From Bacillota bacterium (GTDB taxonomy: Bacteria; Vulcanimicrobiota; JAJTBE01), in assembly GCA_021287065.1 (NCBI GenBank), contig JAJTBE010000030.1:106-64105 (forward strand): 64,000 nt of DNA, written 5' to 3'. The translations under genes were made by a program, and so were the position numbers. The notes below the pieces were generated by a model. It was not told the DNA's origin. It saw only the letters and a list, made by a program, of their open reading frames with translations, and made no database searches. Below are positions 18,374-28,092 of the stretch, one piece after another (the stretch's first letter is position 1; every line of letters begins with the position of its first letter).

Positions 18374-18721
18374 ATGCAGATACAATCAAATACACAATCC
18401 GGTTTTCAACCGAAATACAAAGTTGATGTTTATGATAAACTTGTTGAAACTTTAACAGGGGATTCCGTAAAAATAGGAGAAGCATATTCCGACGGTACAA
18501 ATGGACAGCTCAATATACTCAACCCCCGTTTTAAGGAACAGCTTACCCAGTTGTTTACCCAGCCCCAGACAGTGATGTCTGGCGGCGGAGTTGCCGACGG
18601 CACAGCAGTGGACGGAGCGCCGCGTCAGATGGAACCCTGGAAACCTGAAACACTTCTTTACACCACAGTGTTCCAGCTCGGAAACCATAACTTCCGGGGC
18701 GAAATAAACACTATCGGATAA
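18374..18721 (+). CDS. Small hypothetical protein (115 aa) immediately downstream of the annexin/zincin gene
   Basis: Strong RBS aggagggg 7 nt upstream of the ATG. No recognisable domain. Confidence 0.55.
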   Translation: MQIQSNTQSGFQPKYKVDVYDKLVETLTGDSVKIGEAYSDGTNGQLNILNPRFKEQLTQLFTQPQTVMSGGGVADGTAVDGAPRQMEPWKPETLLYTTVFQLGNHNFRGEINTIG

Positions 18722-18910
18722 CTATCGGTTATTGCCGGTTTATACTGATATTTTGTCAAAGTGGAATTACAGGCTGACCTGAATGTAATAATTCAGAGCA
18801 GCCTTTTTAATTTGCTTCTCAACTGTATAAAAAAGGAAACTGAATACCCTTCAGTGAACTAAAAAAGAAATAATGAATTTATGCATCTTTCCAGATTAAG
18901 GAGTGATTTT

Positions 18911-19840
18911 ATGAACCCTCATAATATTTCCATACCCGCAGAAACCAAAGCTGTCAGTATCAGTTTTGCAGAACCTTATGAACTTCTGATTAAGCAGAAA
19001 GCCGGCAGCGAGGCGGAAATTTCCTTTACCGGTGTTCCGGTTGAAAATATTAAGCATAGCGCTGAAGCAGATAAGTTCAGCCTTGAGATTTTTGGTGATG
19101 TGGATCTGGATGATGCAGAGATATTAATTTGCAGCCCTGAACCCATACCTCTTACAGTAACAACCGGTTCCGGCGTTATTATTCTTGAGGAGATCCTTTC
19201 TGATCTGGAAGCGACCAGCACCTCCGGCGCAGTCTGTCTTTCAGGTTTCAGCGGCAAATCCGCACAGATAAATGTGGAGAGCGGAGATGTTACCGTAGAT
19301 GAATCTTCAGGTAATATCGGAATATCAGTTTCCTCAGGAGACGCCGTGGTTACTGAATTCGAAGGAAACCTCGTTTGTAAGGTGGATTCCGGAGATGTTA
19401 CACTGTCAGAAGTATCCGGCGATATAGAAATTTCGTCCCGCTCAGGAGATATCGAAGCTGGTTCAGTTATGGGAAATCTCAGCTTTTCTGCCGTTTCCGG
19501 TGATATTCTTATCGGCGATGTTACAGTGGAAAAACTGAACGCACAAACAGTTTCGGGCGATATAGAAATTGAGGCGGAAGTTCTGGAAGAAGAAAGCGTT
19601 ATTCAGGTGAAATCAGTTTCAGGCAGCATAATTCTTGTACTTCCTGAAGATGTTGACGGAAAAATCAGAGCCACTGTAAAGAGCGGCGAAATTGTCCTCG
19701 ATACGGATCCCTATAAACTCGACATCGGAGGGGAAAATAAAGAAACAACGGTCAGCATTGTCCTGACAGAATCTGAAGAAATAGCACTTCCTGAAATAAC
19801 TCTGGAAACTTCTTCAGGAGATATTGAAATCTCCGCCTGA
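18911..19840 (+). CDS. DUF4097-like putative adhesin / beta-helical repeat protein
   Basis: Reiterated (V/S)SGD(I/V)(T/E)(I/V) beta-strand motifs (VSGDIEI, SGDVTV, SGDAVV, SGDILI). RBS aaggag before the ATG at 18911. The ORF track extends to 18881, but that start has no RBS. Confidence 0.75.
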   Translation: MNPHNISIPAETKAVSISFAEPYELLIKQKAGSEAEISFTGVPVENIKHSAEADKFSLEIFGDVDLDDAEILICSPEPIPLTVTTGSGVIILEEILSDLEATSTSGAVCLSGFSGKSAQINVESGDVTVDESSGNIGISVSSGDAVVTEFEGNLVCKVDSGDVTLSEVSGDIEISSRSGDIEAGSVMGNLSFSAVSGDILIGDVTVEKLNAQTVSGDIEIEAEVLEEESVIQVKSVSGSIILVLPEDVDGKIRATVKSGEIVLDTDPYKLDIGGENKETTVSIVLTESEEIALPEITLETSSGDIEISA

Positions 19841-19968
19841 AAAAAAGCATGTTATAATTAATCATGGTTTTACAGGATTTTATACTGTTTTTATCTAATA
19901 TATGGAAACCGTTAGTTAGCTGATAAGTGTTTCAGTAAATATAAAGAACTGACTAAAAGGAGGATACT

Positions 19969-21117
19969 ATGTTTGACCCGACTATCCTTCCCCTCGCACA
20001 GGCGTCGTCCCAGTCGAACGGAGCAGTGCTGGGGCTTGGAGCCGTTGCAGGGATTTTCTTTATTCTCTTTATTGTTTTTATGGGGGCTAAATCTAAAGCT
20101 GAAAAAAGGGAAAAAGCTTTGATTTCCATTATAAAAGCAAGCCAGGAGCTGGGAACAACGGAAAGTCTTGAAAGTGTGCTGAAAATCGTTGTTCAGATGG
20201 TCAAAAACCTTTTCAACTGCGGCACAGTTGTTGTCTATCTGAAAGATGATGAAAAACCCGAAGAAGTGGTTTTAAGAAAAAAAGCTTATATCACTCCCCA
20301 CGAAGAAGCATTTCAGGATTTTAACCCCGATGTTACAAAATCAGTAATCAGCTCGGTGGCAAATGATAAAAAAGGCAAACTTTATTCCGACTTCCTGAAC
20401 GAAGGCAAAGATGAAGTTATTCAGAAGGAAAAAGGCCTCAGAGGTATGGCAATAGCCCCTCTGATTTTTGAAGATCAATCCCTGGGAACCATTATTATGG
20501 CAGACGGAAAGCCGGGAGTGTTCAATCAGGAACAATTCCACCTGTTCTCACTTCTCGCCAATCAGGCTGCTCTGGCGGTCAGAAATGTCCAGCTTCAACA
20601 GCAGACTGCTATGTTAGCGATTACTGACTCACTGTCAGGTATGTACACCCACGGTTTCTTTCAGGAGCACCTTGCAAAGAAAATCAGCGAAGCAAAATAT
20701 TCGGATCCGCCGCATCCCGTATCACTTATGATTCTCGATGTGGACTTCTTCAAAAAAGTTAATGACAATTACGGTCACCCTCAGGGCGACGCGCTGCTCA
20801 AACAGCTCGGCGGAGTTATCAGACTCCATACCAGACCCGGCGATGTAATCTGTCGTTACGGTGGAGACGAATTTACAATCACAATGCCCTCTACCGACCG
20901 CATTCAGGCTGTTCTGGTAGCGGAGAGAATCCGTCAGGCAGTGGAAGAATACGAATTTGTCCTTGGAAGCAACATTGTGCACATCACCATTTCCGGCGGC
21001 GTAGCCAGCTTCCCCGACGACGCAGTCAACAAAAAGGAACTGGTGGAAAAAGCCGATACATCAATGTATGAAGCTAAGAGAAAAGGCAGAAACAAAATCT
21101 GCTTCGCCTCTCAGTGA
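19969..21117 (+). CDS. Membrane-anchored GAF-GGDEF diguanylate cyclase
   Basis: N-terminal TM helix, GAF-like middle domain, C-terminal GGDEF domain with RYGGDEF and metal/GTP-binding residues. Confidence 0.85.
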   Translation: MFDPTILPLAQASSQSNGAVLGLGAVAGIFFILFIVFMGAKSKAEKREKALISIIKASQELGTTESLESVLKIVVQMVKNLFNCGTVVVYLKDDEKPEEVVLRKKAYITPHEEAFQDFNPDVTKSVISSVANDKKGKLYSDFLNEGKDEVIQKEKGLRGMAIAPLIFEDQSLGTIIMADGKPGVFNQEQFHLFSLLANQAALAVRNVQLQQQTAMLAITDSLSGMYTHGFFQEHLAKKISEAKYSDPPHPVSLMILDVDFFKKVNDNYGHPQGDALLKQLGGVIRLHTRPGDVICRYGGDEFTITMPSTDRIQAVLVAERIRQAVEEYEFVLGSNIVHITISGGVASFPDDAVNKKELVEKADTSMYEAKRKGRNKICFASQ

Positions 21118-21133
21118 TGATAAATTAAACAAA

Positions 21134-21210
21134 AAGAGGCTGTCCCGAAAGCAACGGTTTAAACAAACGAAAATCGAAACTTTCAGGACAGCCTCTTTTT
21201 TTTAAAAAAA
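21134..21210 (+). terminator. Rho-independent terminator (long-loop hairpin plus T9)
   Basis: gaggctgtcc ... ggacagcctc followed by ttttttttt. Confidence 0.65.
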
Positions 21211-21250
21211 ATTATCATCCACCATCCACCATCCGCCATCCACCATCCAC
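21211..21250. repeat. Heptamer microsatellite (ATCCACC)x5 with one variant unit
   Basis: atcatccaccatccaccatccgccatccaccatccacc. Confidence 0.8.
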
Positions 21251-21423
21251 CAGTAACCCCACGACGGTAGGCTCCCGCCAGCAACTGCCGGATCGCAGGC
21301 ATCCCGCCTGCCCCCGGTCAGCCAACTGTCAGCAACCTCATAACCACAATCTCCGCCAACCCCTGCCTGATTTCTCCCGAAAACCGGAGCAGTGTTTACC
21401 TTTGATAATTCCGGATTCAGGAT

Positions 21424-22857
21424 TTACCTTGCGAACATTTCAGGGTCCTGTGAAGGCTGGATTTCGAGAACCGTATAGTTTTCGAAATACTTTCTCGCCA
21501 TATTCTGAACATCATCAACAGTAACATCCTGCATACGGCGCAGGAGCACTTCGTTGAAATTGTGTCCCAGTCCCAGTGCTGTGTAGTATGCGAGATTATG
21601 AGCCTGAGATGAAGCTGTTTCGTTGTCGAGAAGATATTTTCCCAGAAGCTTCCTTTTGGTTGCATCCAGTTCTTCCTGACTGATTTTCCACTTCTTCAGC
21701 TTGTTTATTTCGTCAAACATCTTTTTTCTGGATTTGGAAAGACCCTTGCCGTTTGTAACGATATAGAGAATCATATGCGAAGGTCCCTCAAGCTGGGGGT
21801 AGGTGGAGCTTAACTCGTAAGCAAGACCTTCCTTTTCACGAAGTTCAATAAACAGCCTGCTGGAAAGGCCGTCGCCGAGGAGGGTTTCCAGAACTTTCAT
21901 TTTCGGGTAGTCCGGTGATTTTATATCCGGTGCGGGAAATCCCACAAAAACCCAGGCAAGTTCGGAATTTGTCTCAAGATAGAGTTTCTTTTCCGCTCCT
22001 ACCGGTTCCCAGGGAATATCCACAGTCTGGTTTTTCTGGCGGGGCAGGTCTGCAAATATTTTTTTACAGAGATCCATGGTTTCAGGAGCATTCACATCGC
22101 CCACAATCGCAAGAGTCATGCGGTTTGCAGAATAGTTTTCGTTGTAGAATTTCTGAATTTCCTCGATTTTCATCCTGTTAACAGTGTTTTTAAAACCGTA
22201 AACAGGCTGCCTGTAAGGATGATAACGGTAAAACTGATTCAGAAATATTTCATTGATCATCTGAAATGCTGATTTGTTACCCTCAATATTATATGTCTGT
22301 TCTTCTTTCTGTTCATCAAGGGCTTTCTGTTCAAAATCAGGAGTTTTTATGGTTGAAGCTAATCTTTTGAGATTGTTTCTGAATATATCGGGAGTCGCCA
22401 CCATATTTAATACGGCATAATCCGGCGATGCCGATGAATGAAGAAGGCATCCGTCAGACTCCGCAGCTTCCTGAAAAGTTTTTGGCGAAGCAGCGGTTTT
22501 TGATGTGAGCAGCAATGACTGAATAAGGCTTGTTATACCCGCATACATCTCCATTTCCTGCATTAGCCCCACTTTGACAAGCAGCTCGGTTCCCACAATG
22601 CCTGTGCCTGGTCTTTCCTGAATTATAATACGGAAACCGTTGGGCAGGGTCTCTTCCATAAGCCTTGTTTTGGCGGGAATGGAAGCAGGGCTGAATTGAG
22701 GGCTTGCCGGAGTCTGGGCAACAACAGGCTGAGCCGCCGGTGTATTCCGGGGCACATTGTTCTGTGCAAATGCAGGCATTCCCGTAAAAAGGAATATAGC
22801 AAGCATTGTGCAGAATATTACAACATGAAAATGTCGTTTCAGATTAAAATGTTTCAT
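21424..22857 (-). CDS. Secreted M16 (pitrilysin)-family peptidase-like protein lacking the HxxEH zinc motif (probably non-catalytic)
   Basis: Start chosen at MKHFNLKRHF (signal peptide ...MPAFAQN). The ORF track extends upstream without support. M16 fold features (GTELLVKVG, LAYELSSTY) are present but no HxxEH motif is found. Confidence 0.7.
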   Translation of the reverse strand: MKHFNLKRHFHVVIFCTMLAIFLFTGMPAFAQNNVPRNTPAAQPVVAQTPASPQFSPASIPAKTRLMEETLPNGFRIIIQERPGTGIVGTELLVKVGLMQEMEMYAGITSLIQSLLLTSKTAASPKTFQEAAESDGCLLHSSASPDYAVLNMVATPDIFRNNLKRLASTIKTPDFEQKALDEQKEEQTYNIEGNKSAFQMINEIFLNQFYRYHPYRQPVYGFKNTVNRMKIEEIQKFYNENYSANRMTLAIVGDVNAPETMDLCKKIFADLPRQKNQTVDIPWEPVGAEKKLYLETNSELAWVFVGFPAPDIKSPDYPKMKVLETLLGDGLSSRLFIELREKEGLAYELSSTYPQLEGPSHMILYIVTNGKGLSKSRKKMFDEINKLKKWKISQEELDATKRKLLGKYLLDNETASSQAHNLAYYTALGLGHNFNEVLLRRMQDVTVDDVQNMARKYFENYTVLEIQPSQDPEMFAR

Positions 22858-22915
22858 AACCGCTCCTGTCGCAAAAACAGCATCTATTATTCTAAGATAA
22901 GGGGTTTTCAATACT

Positions 22916-23668
22916 ATGTCAACATGCAAAAGTAAAGGCTTCTGTAAAGAAAATGAACAGTTTCTCTGTCTTAAAAATAATAATAACTCCATACTGTTAA
23001 AAAAATTAACACTTAATAACCTGCTGTTAAATTTTTTAACAGCATTACTGTTAATTTTCTTTGCAATAACTGCAAAGCCTGCTGCCGCACAGAACACAGT
23101 GAAAATAAAAAGCGAAAACTTCAGCTTCACAAGCAACAATCGCCAAATCAGAGGCGCCGCCTTTTATCCCGATGCACCCGGCAAATACCCCGGCGTGCTT
23201 GTAATCAACGGCAATCCGGAATCATTCGCAAAAGAAGGCTTCTTCGCCGTTACCCTCCAATCAGACGATGATAAGGATTACAGAATCGCCATAGATAAAA
23301 TGACAAACCACCAAAACTGCAAACCCGGCATCGGCATAACAGGATTTTCCTACGGCGGAGCACTCTCATTGGTCCTCGCCGCAAAAAATCCCAAAGTAAA
23401 AGCAGTAGTAGAAGTCTCAGGCCTCCTCGTACCACAGAACAATATCGATCTCACAAAAGACATACAAGCTGCCGTTATGTTCATAAGCGGCGAAAAAGAC
23501 CCCATGGTCCCGGTTTCAGGAACCCGCAAAATGTTCGAAGAACACAAAAAAACCGGAAAACCCTCCGACATCTACATAGTCCCCAACCAGGGACACGGCT
23601 TCACACCTGAATACAACATAATAGTATTCAGAAAATCAGTGGAATTTTTCAGGAAAAACCTGAAATAA
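22916..23668 (+). CDS. Secreted alpha/beta hydrolase (dienelactone hydrolase / S9 family-like)
   Basis: Nucleophile elbow GFSYGG. Downstream D and H (VPNQGHGF) complete the triad. Hydrophobic signal segment. Confidence 0.8.
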   Translation: MSTCKSKGFCKENEQFLCLKNNNNSILLKKLTLNNLLLNFLTALLLIFFAITAKPAAAQNTVKIKSENFSFTSNNRQIRGAAFYPDAPGKYPGVLVINGNPESFAKEGFFAVTLQSDDDKDYRIAIDKMTNHQNCKPGIGITGFSYGGALSLVLAAKNPKVKAVVEVSGLLVPQNNIDLTKDIQAAVMFISGEKDPMVPVSGTRKMFEEHKKTGKPSDIYIVPNQGHGFTPEYNIIVFRKSVEFFRKNLK

Positions 23669-23740
23669 AAATAATTGTATAACCAAAAAGATAAAAAATA
23701 GATCCTGTTTTGGAAAAAATTCAGAATGAGTTTCTGTAAT

Positions 23741-23790
23741 ATTCGTATATGAGGATTTTCAGAAATAAAAAAAGCTGAATCCTCTTTTTT
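23741..23790 (+). terminator. Rho-independent terminator after the hydrolase gene
   Basis: gaggatt(t)tcag...ctgaatcctc followed by tttttttc. Confidence 0.55.
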
Positions 23791-23892
23791 TCTCTTCCCC
23801 TCAACATATAGCAGGTGTTTTTGGGTATACACATAATATAGGTTTATTGGGAGTTTTTTTATACAAAAATATCTACAGAGAAGGGGATTGTC

Positions 23893-24225
23893 ATGCCGCA
23901 GTTTTTGAGGGCAAGTTCCCAGATGAGTGAGCTTCCGGGAGAGATACTTAATCAGGCTGATTTTATTCTTGTAAGTTATGAGGATGGTGGGCCTGTTAAC
24001 TGTAAGATTACTGAAAAATGTAAGCTGGTGTGCAGAACGGATCAGAATGAAAAAATCGTTTTCTGGGGTGATTCGGAAGACGAAAAAAACATCAAGCTGA
24101 TTGGCAGTATGAGTCTGCCTTTCAGGGTCAACTGCAGATTTATTGTGCCGCCTGAGCCTTATAAATCAAGGTTTGGACACAAATACTGGGTTCCCAAGGA
24201 AGCCCAGGTACTTGTAATTACATGA
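23893..24225 (+). CDS. Hypothetical protein (110 aa)
   Basis: ORF with plausible RBS (agaagggga). No recognisable domain. Confidence 0.35.
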   Translation: MPQFLRASSQMSELPGEILNQADFILVSYEDGGPVNCKITEKCKLVCRTDQNEKIVFWGDSEDEKNIKLIGSMSLPFRVNCRFIVPPEPYKSRFGHKYWVPKEAQVLVIT

Positions 24226-24233
24226 GTGTTAGT

Positions 24234-25079
24234 TTATCTGTGTGATTTGGTATGGTATAGCTTTAAGTAGTTGATTCTTTTTTTTGCCTCGCTAACCCAC
24301 ATTTTTGCTTCTGGTATATTCTTAGCTAATTTAATGTAATTGAAGTATTGGTCAATTGCTTTTTCTTTCTTTCCAATAGCCTCATAAGTTATCGCCAGAT
24401 TATAATAAGCATCTTGATAGTTTGGATTAAGTTTGATGATAAGATTGTTGTCTTCGATAGATCTGTCATACATTTTTAAGTAATGGAAAGAAACGGCTCT
24501 ATAATACAATGCATCGATATTTTCCGGTTCAATTTTTATTACTTCATTAAAATTGGTTACTGACTTTTCATATTGACCTAAATTGTTATAGATTTTTCCC
24601 TTTAAAAGGTATATTTCTTTTGAGTGTGGTTCTATCTTTTTAGCAGCTTCAATGGTTAGTAAGGCTTTTTCGTATTCGTCATTTTGTAAGTATGCATTAC
24701 CTAAAAGCAAATGGACCTTTAACGAATTTGGGCTTGCTTTTTTAGCAAGAAGATAATTTTCAATTGCTAAATTGTAATTTTTTTTCTCCAATGCTTTATC
24801 TGCTATTGCAATATAAACTTCAAAGTCATCCGGTTTTCCTTCATTGTTATTATTAATTGATTGTTTGTTTACATTTTTCTGATTGTTTTCAAGTTGATGG
24901 TTTTTGTTATTTATAAAAAACAAAAGAAATATTGCAAATAGAAAAACAAGCGAAAATAAGATGTAAATCAAAATATTCGAGTCTTTATTATTAATAATTA
25001 TAGTTGCCTTAGCGTTTTTTCCTGATGCCTGAGCAGCAATTTCAGATTGTGCACTCTGTTCACTTTTTTGTCTTGCCAT
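24234..25079 (-). CDS. TPR-repeat protein with an N-terminal membrane anchor (low-GC gene)
   Basis: TM helix ILIYILFSLVFLFAIFLLFFI, then about 5 TPR units (A..Y..LG.AY...Y..A...). About 30% GC versus about 47% in the flanks. Confidence 0.8.
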   Translation of the reverse strand: MARQKSEQSAQSEIAAQASGKNAKATIIINNKDSNILIYILFSLVFLFAIFLLFFINNKNHQLENNQKNVNKQSINNNNEGKPDDFEVYIAIADKALEKKNYNLAIENYLLAKKASPNSLKVHLLLGNAYLQNDEYEKALLTIEAAKKIEPHSKEIYLLKGKIYNNLGQYEKSVTNFNEVIKIEPENIDALYYRAVSFHYLKMYDRSIEDNNLIIKLNPNYQDAYYNLAITYEAIGKKEKAIDQYFNYIKLAKNIPEAKMWVSEAKKRINYLKLYHTKSHR

Positions 25080-25455
25080 ATTCGCCTCTAATATCTATTG
25101 TGGCGTTTGCGTTTTGCCCTGCTGCCTGAGCTACATATTTACCTTTTGCTTTTTGAGAAATTTTGAATTCAGCTGAAGGATTACTGTCAGCTTTTAAAAG
25201 AATACTTTGTAAATTATCCCTAAATTCTTTGTCATTTATTACTTTGTCTTTAACGATTTTTAATAAACCTTTTTCAAAACTATCCGTATCATTTTTAAAA
25301 TAATTTAGTATAGTTTTCTCACTCTCACTAAACTTGCTTTCAAAAAGACCTAATATTTTGCCTCCTATATATTCATTTATTTTGTCTCCTGTTTTTGCTA
25401 AATATGGTTTTAGAAAGTTAATTGAAGAGATTGCAACATCTATCAATCCATCCAT
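25060..25455 (-). CDS. Hypothetical protein (131 aa, low-GC)
   Basis: ORF co-directional with and overlapping the TPR gene start. Same anomalous AT-rich composition. Confidence 0.5.
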   Translation of the reverse strand: MDGLIDVAISSINFLKPYLAKTGDKINEYIGGKILGLFESKFSESEKTILNYFKNDTDSFEKGLLKIVKDKVINDKEFRDNLQSILLKADSNPSAEFKISQKAKGKYVAQAAGQNANATIDIRGEYGKTKK

Positions 25456-25473
25456 AATAAGCCTCCATTTGCA

Positions 25474-26931
25474 TTATTTTGGCATTTTTTTATGAAAATC
25501 CGTTACTGTCTGGTATGCTGCTGCGGTTTTCAGCAGGGTTGCCTCGTCGAAGGCTTTGCCTATGAGCTGCATTCCTGCGGGGAGGTTGTCCGGGAAGCCG
25601 CAGGGGGCTGATATGCCGGGGAGTCCGGCGAGGTTTACGGAAACTGTATAGATATCAGACAGATACATGCTGATGGGATCGTCGGTTTTTTCGCCGATTT
25701 TGAATGCCGGCGCCGGTGTTGTGGGAGTGAAAATCACATCACATTTTTCAAATGCTTTTTCAAAATCCTGTTTTATCAGAGTTCTGACTTTTTGCGCCTT
25801 GAGATAATAGGCGTCGTAATATCCCGATGAAAGGGCGTAGGTTCCCGTCATAATCCGGCGGATAACTTCTTTTCCAAAGCCTTTTCTGCGGGATTTTTTG
25901 TACATTTCGACAATATCGGAGCAGCCTTCCACCCTCAGACCGTATCTTGAGCCGTCGTAACGGGCAAGGTTTGATGAAGCTTCTGATGGAGCTATTATGT
26001 AATATGCGGGCAGTGCGTATCCGATTGTTGAAAGTTCAACCTCAACAAACTCTGCGCCAAGGCTTTCGAGGGTTGCTTTAGCGTTCTGCAGGCACTCATT
26101 GATTCCGGGGTCAAGCCCTTCTCCGAAGAAGTTGACCGGGTATCCTATTTTTAAGCCTTTGATTTGGGGATTTTTGACGATTTCGCCATAAACGGGTTTT
26201 TCGTAACTGACTGAAGTTGAGTCTTTGGGATCATGTCCTGAAATAATGTCGAATATAAGAGCTGTATCCTTTGCATCTCTTGCCATGGGACCAATCTGAT
26301 CCAGCGACGAGGCAAAGGCGATGAGGCCGTATCTTGAAACTGAACCGTATGTGGGTTTTAAGCCTGTGATTCCGCAGAAAGCTGCAGGCTGTCTGATGGA
26401 GCCTCCTGTGTCGGAACCGAGGGACAGAAGAGCTTCTTTAGCTGCTATAACTGCTGCGGAGCCGCCGCTTGAGCCGCCGGGGACTCTTGTTGTGTCCCAG
26501 GGGTTGGTTGTGGGGAAGAAAGCTGAATTCTCGGTGGAAGAACCCATTGCGAATTCGTCCATGTTGGTTTTTCCCAGAAGAACTGCTCCTGCTGATTCCA
26601 GATTTTCATAAACTGTGGCGTTGTATGGCGGAACAAAACCGGCAAGCATAGCCGATCCGCAGGTTGTTGTGATACCCTTTGTGCAGATCAGATCTTTGAG
26701 GGCAATGGGGATACCGGTGAGCGGGGTTATGTTTTCCCCTGAAGCCAGCTTTTTGTCGGCAGCTTCAGCCATTTCCATAGCTTTTTCCGGCAGAACTTTA
26801 AGATAAGCTCTGATTGTGCCGTCAATTTGTTCTATTCTGTCGAGATATGCTCCGGTCAGTTCTTTTGATGAAATTTCCCGGGATTTCAGTTTTTCCCCGG
26901 CTTCGTATGCAGTCAGTTCAAGAAGACTCAA
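25474..26931 (-). CDS. gatA: Glutamyl-tRNA(Gln)/aspartyl-tRNA(Asn) amidotransferase subunit A
   Basis: Amidase signature [14 protein letters not shown]...[16 protein letters not shown]. 485 aa. Confidence 0.9.
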   Translation of the reverse strand: MSLLELTAYEAGEKLKSREISSKELTGAYLDRIEQIDGTIRAYLKVLPEKAMEMAEAADKKLASGENITPLTGIPIALKDLICTKGITTTCGSAMLAGFVPPYNATVYENLESAGAVLLGKTNMDEFAMGSSTENSAFFPTTNPWDTTRVPGGSSGGSAAVIAAKEALLSLGSDTGGSIRQPAAFCGITGLKPTYGSVSRYGLIAFASSLDQIGPMARDAKDTALIFDIISGHDPKDSTSVSYEKPVYGEIVKNPQIKGLKIGYPVNFFGEGLDPGINECLQNAKATLESLGAEFVEVELSTIGYALPAYYIIAPSEASSNLARYDGSRYGLRVEGCSDIVEMYKKSRRKGFGKEVIRRIMTGTYALSSGYYDAYYLKAQKVRTLIKQDFEKAFEKCDVIFTPTTPAPAFKIGEKTDDPISMYLSDIYTVSVNLAGLPGISAPCGFPDNLPAGMQLIGKAFDEATLLKTAAAYQTVTDFHKKMPK

Positions 26932-27239
26932 GATTTGGAATCCTTTCTTTTATCAGGCACTATAGCAAAGCGGATGTAGGGCGCTTCGCCGTCATTGATT
27001 ATTTCTTCGAGATCTTTGATGTTTTTGACAAAATCGTTGAGGGGCATTGGGTTTTTGCCTGTGTATGTATAATAGAAGCCCATCAGTTCGCCGTCTGTTT
27101 CCGGGTCGGACCATGAAAGATCGGTTACAATTGTAAATCCGAGTTTGTCCAGTGCGGGGGCTACCTTATCATACCATTCTGCGCTTCCGAATACCTGAAT
27201 TTCAAGCAGCATAGGAGAAACCTCCCTTGTTTTACTCAA
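26928..27239 (-). CDS. Small hypothetical protein translationally coupled between the ABC ATPase and gatA (not GatC-like)
   Basis: Start and stop overlap the neighbouring genes (ATGA-type overlaps). No similarity to GatC that I can see. Confidence 0.5.
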   Translation of the reverse strand: MSKTREVSPMLLEIQVFGSAEWYDKVAPALDKLGFTIVTDLSWSDPETDGELMGFYYTYTGKNPMPLNDFVKNIKDLEEIINDGEAPYIRFAIVPDKRKDSKS

Positions 27240-28092
27240 ACTTGGCGCCTGTTAATGCTATGAAAACATCTTCAAGCGACGGTTTTTTTGTTTCTATCTT
27301 AAATTTTACACCTTTATTAATCAATTCCTGCAAAGCACCTGCTGTTTCCGGGCTGTCCGCAGGCATTGTCCGTGATTCCCAGTTTCCGGGGGTGCCGTTT
27401 TCTGTTTTTATCACCAGTGAGGTTTTGCCGATACTTTCTTTCAGGTTTTCAGGTGTATCCAGTTTTACAATTTTGCCTTTATTTATTATCGCAATTCGGC
27501 TGCACAGTTCATCAGCTTCTTCCATATAGTGGGTGGTCAGGAATATGGTTTTCCCTTTTTCGCTGAGGTTGCGGATCAAGCTTCTTATATTGCGTGCAAT
27601 ATGTGGATCAAGGCCTGATGTTGGTTCATCCATAAAAATTATTTCAGGATCCGTCAGAAGGGATCTGGCTATGATAAGCCTCTGTTTTAAGCCTCTTGAC
27701 AGCTTCTGGGCTTCATCTTTTGAGCGATGGGATAATTCAACAAAGTCGAGGACTTCTTCAACCCTTTCCTTTCCAAATCCATAAAGACGGGCGAAAAACA
27801 ACAGATTCTGAAATACGCTGAGTCGCGGGTAAAGATTCTGATCTTCAAAAACCACACCGATTCTGCTTTTAACCTTATGAGAATCTTTCCGGACATCAAA
27901 TCCGAGAACTTCAGCTTTGCCTTTGTCAGGTTTTATCTGGGTGGTGAGTATTCTGATTGTCGTAGTTTTTCCGGCGCCGTTGGGTCCGAGAAAACCAAAA
28001 ATCTCGCCTTTGTCCACTTCAAAGGAAATTCCCTGAACTGCTTCTGTTTTTTTATATTTTTTATGCAGGTCTGCTGCATTGATTACTGACAT
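27232..28092 (-). CDS. ABC transporter ATP-binding protein, ABC-2 (DrrA/NatA-like) type with a C-terminal extension
   Basis: Walker A GPNGAGKTT, signature LSRGLKQRL, Walker B IIFMDEPTSGLD, H-loop TTHYMEEA. Confidence 0.85.
   Translation of the reverse strand: MSVINAADLHKKYKKTEAVQGISFEVDKGEIFGFLGPNGAGKTTTIRILTTQIKPDKGKAEVLGFDVRKDSHKVKSRIGVVFEDQNLYPRLSVFQNLLFFARLYGFGKERVEEVLDFVELSHRSKDEAQKLSRGLKQRLIIARSLLTDPEIIFMDEPTSGLDPHIARNIRSLIRNLSEKGKTIFLTTHYMEEADELCSRIAIINKGKIVKLDTPENLKESIGKTSLVIKTENGTPGNWESRTMPADSPETAGALQELINKGVKFKIETKKPSLEDVFIALTGAKFE

Noticed and set aside
22858-23139. N-terminal 94-codon extension of the M16-like ORF
   Set aside because: The extension reads through the divergent promoter region and lacks an RBS. 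A clear signal peptide follows the internal Met at 22857.
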